Source: Oculina patagonica
Lineage: Eukaryota
Assembly: GCF_052425735.1 (NCBI RefSeq)
Contig: NC_135761.1
Location: 59,768,001-59,832,000, forward strand
Direction: 5' to 3'
Length of the DNA stretch: 64,000 nt
Shown here: positions 63,403 to 64,000 of the stretch, in pieces
Layout of the letters: each line of letters opens with the position of its first letter
Position numbering within the stretch: the first letter of the stretch is position 1
Program-made: the position numbers and the translations under genes
The notes under the pieces: generated by a model
What the model was told of the DNA's origin: nothing
Seen by the model: only the letters and a program-made list of their open reading frames with translations
Databases searched by the model: none

Positions 63403-63812
63403 CCCGGGGGGGTACTTAGGGAAATTTTTGTTGGGTATGTGCCGCTGGCCTCTCAAAACCCCTACCCCATTATAGTCTTATTCTATGGCCAATTATAGAC
63501 CCCATCTTAGTCACTTTTGGGTAAATTTGATTTTTACGACCCCAACTTAGTCACTTTCTGGGAGCTGTTTGTCAAATATTGAACAACAGCAATAAATACG
63601 GTAACATTTTTTTCGGAGAATATTTCCGTTCATAAATCACAACTTCCCTGATTTTCGTACTCTCAAAATCCCGGAAAAGTGTGACCCCATTCTAGTCACC
63701 CAATAAAAAATGCTTGAAATGGCGACCCCATTATAGTCAGTCCAGTCGTGAAAATGCGACCCCATCCAGCGGCACATCCCCATTAGCCCATTTATAGGAA
63801 GTGCCCCCCCCC
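63403..63812. mobile_element. CCCGGG-type MITE with 8-bp TSD
   Basis: cccgggggggtact..gggtatgtgccgctgg / ccagcggcacatccc..agtgccccccccc; TSD GTGGCTTC. Confidence 0.75.
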
Positions 63813-64000
63813 GTGGCTTCCAATCAAATACCAGTTTTAAAACGTGTTAGCATATGTAACATTTAGTTATTTTACAAGTGAGGCTTATCTAAGGCAAACA
63901 TATTTCCTTAATGTTACAAATGCAATTACGTAGTAATACAAAGATATACTGAACAGAAACCAATCGCCAGTTTGTGAGTCTCAGATGATCCCATAACACT

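Overview
AT-rich, intron-containing animal genomic DNA with one 134-N assembly gap (33770-33903). The repeat families and gene style suggest a cnidarian, probably a stony coral; this is inferred, not proven. I reconstructed genes by hand from GT-AG sites with consistent phases. (1) A complete 21-coding-exon DNMBP/Tuba gene (+, 2252-20245, ~1606 aa; 4xSH3, two HR1-like hairpins, DH/RhoGEF, BAR, 2xSH3). (2) A two-exon minus-strand gene (~175 aa) matching the US22/SUKH motif pattern. (3) Head-to-head with it, a five-micro-exon gene for an 86-aa coiled-coil protein that the ORF track misses. (4) A tandem minus-strand family of secreted signal peptide-PAN/apple-EGF-CASPR-type fibrinogen-like proteins: three intact copies and one PAN-only copy, with mosaic, conversion-like sequence sharing. 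(5) A young, internally deleted Gypsy-type LTR element (45291-48610) whose integrase ends in a winged-helix/LOTUS-like extension rather than a chromodomain. The rest is dense in MITEs (TA, 6, 7, 8 and 9 bp TSDs), tRNA-derived SINEs, Penelope fragments with hammerhead ribozymes, a HERO-like LINE tail and a ~850-bp degenerate tandem array. All family assignments are from motif recognition without database searches.
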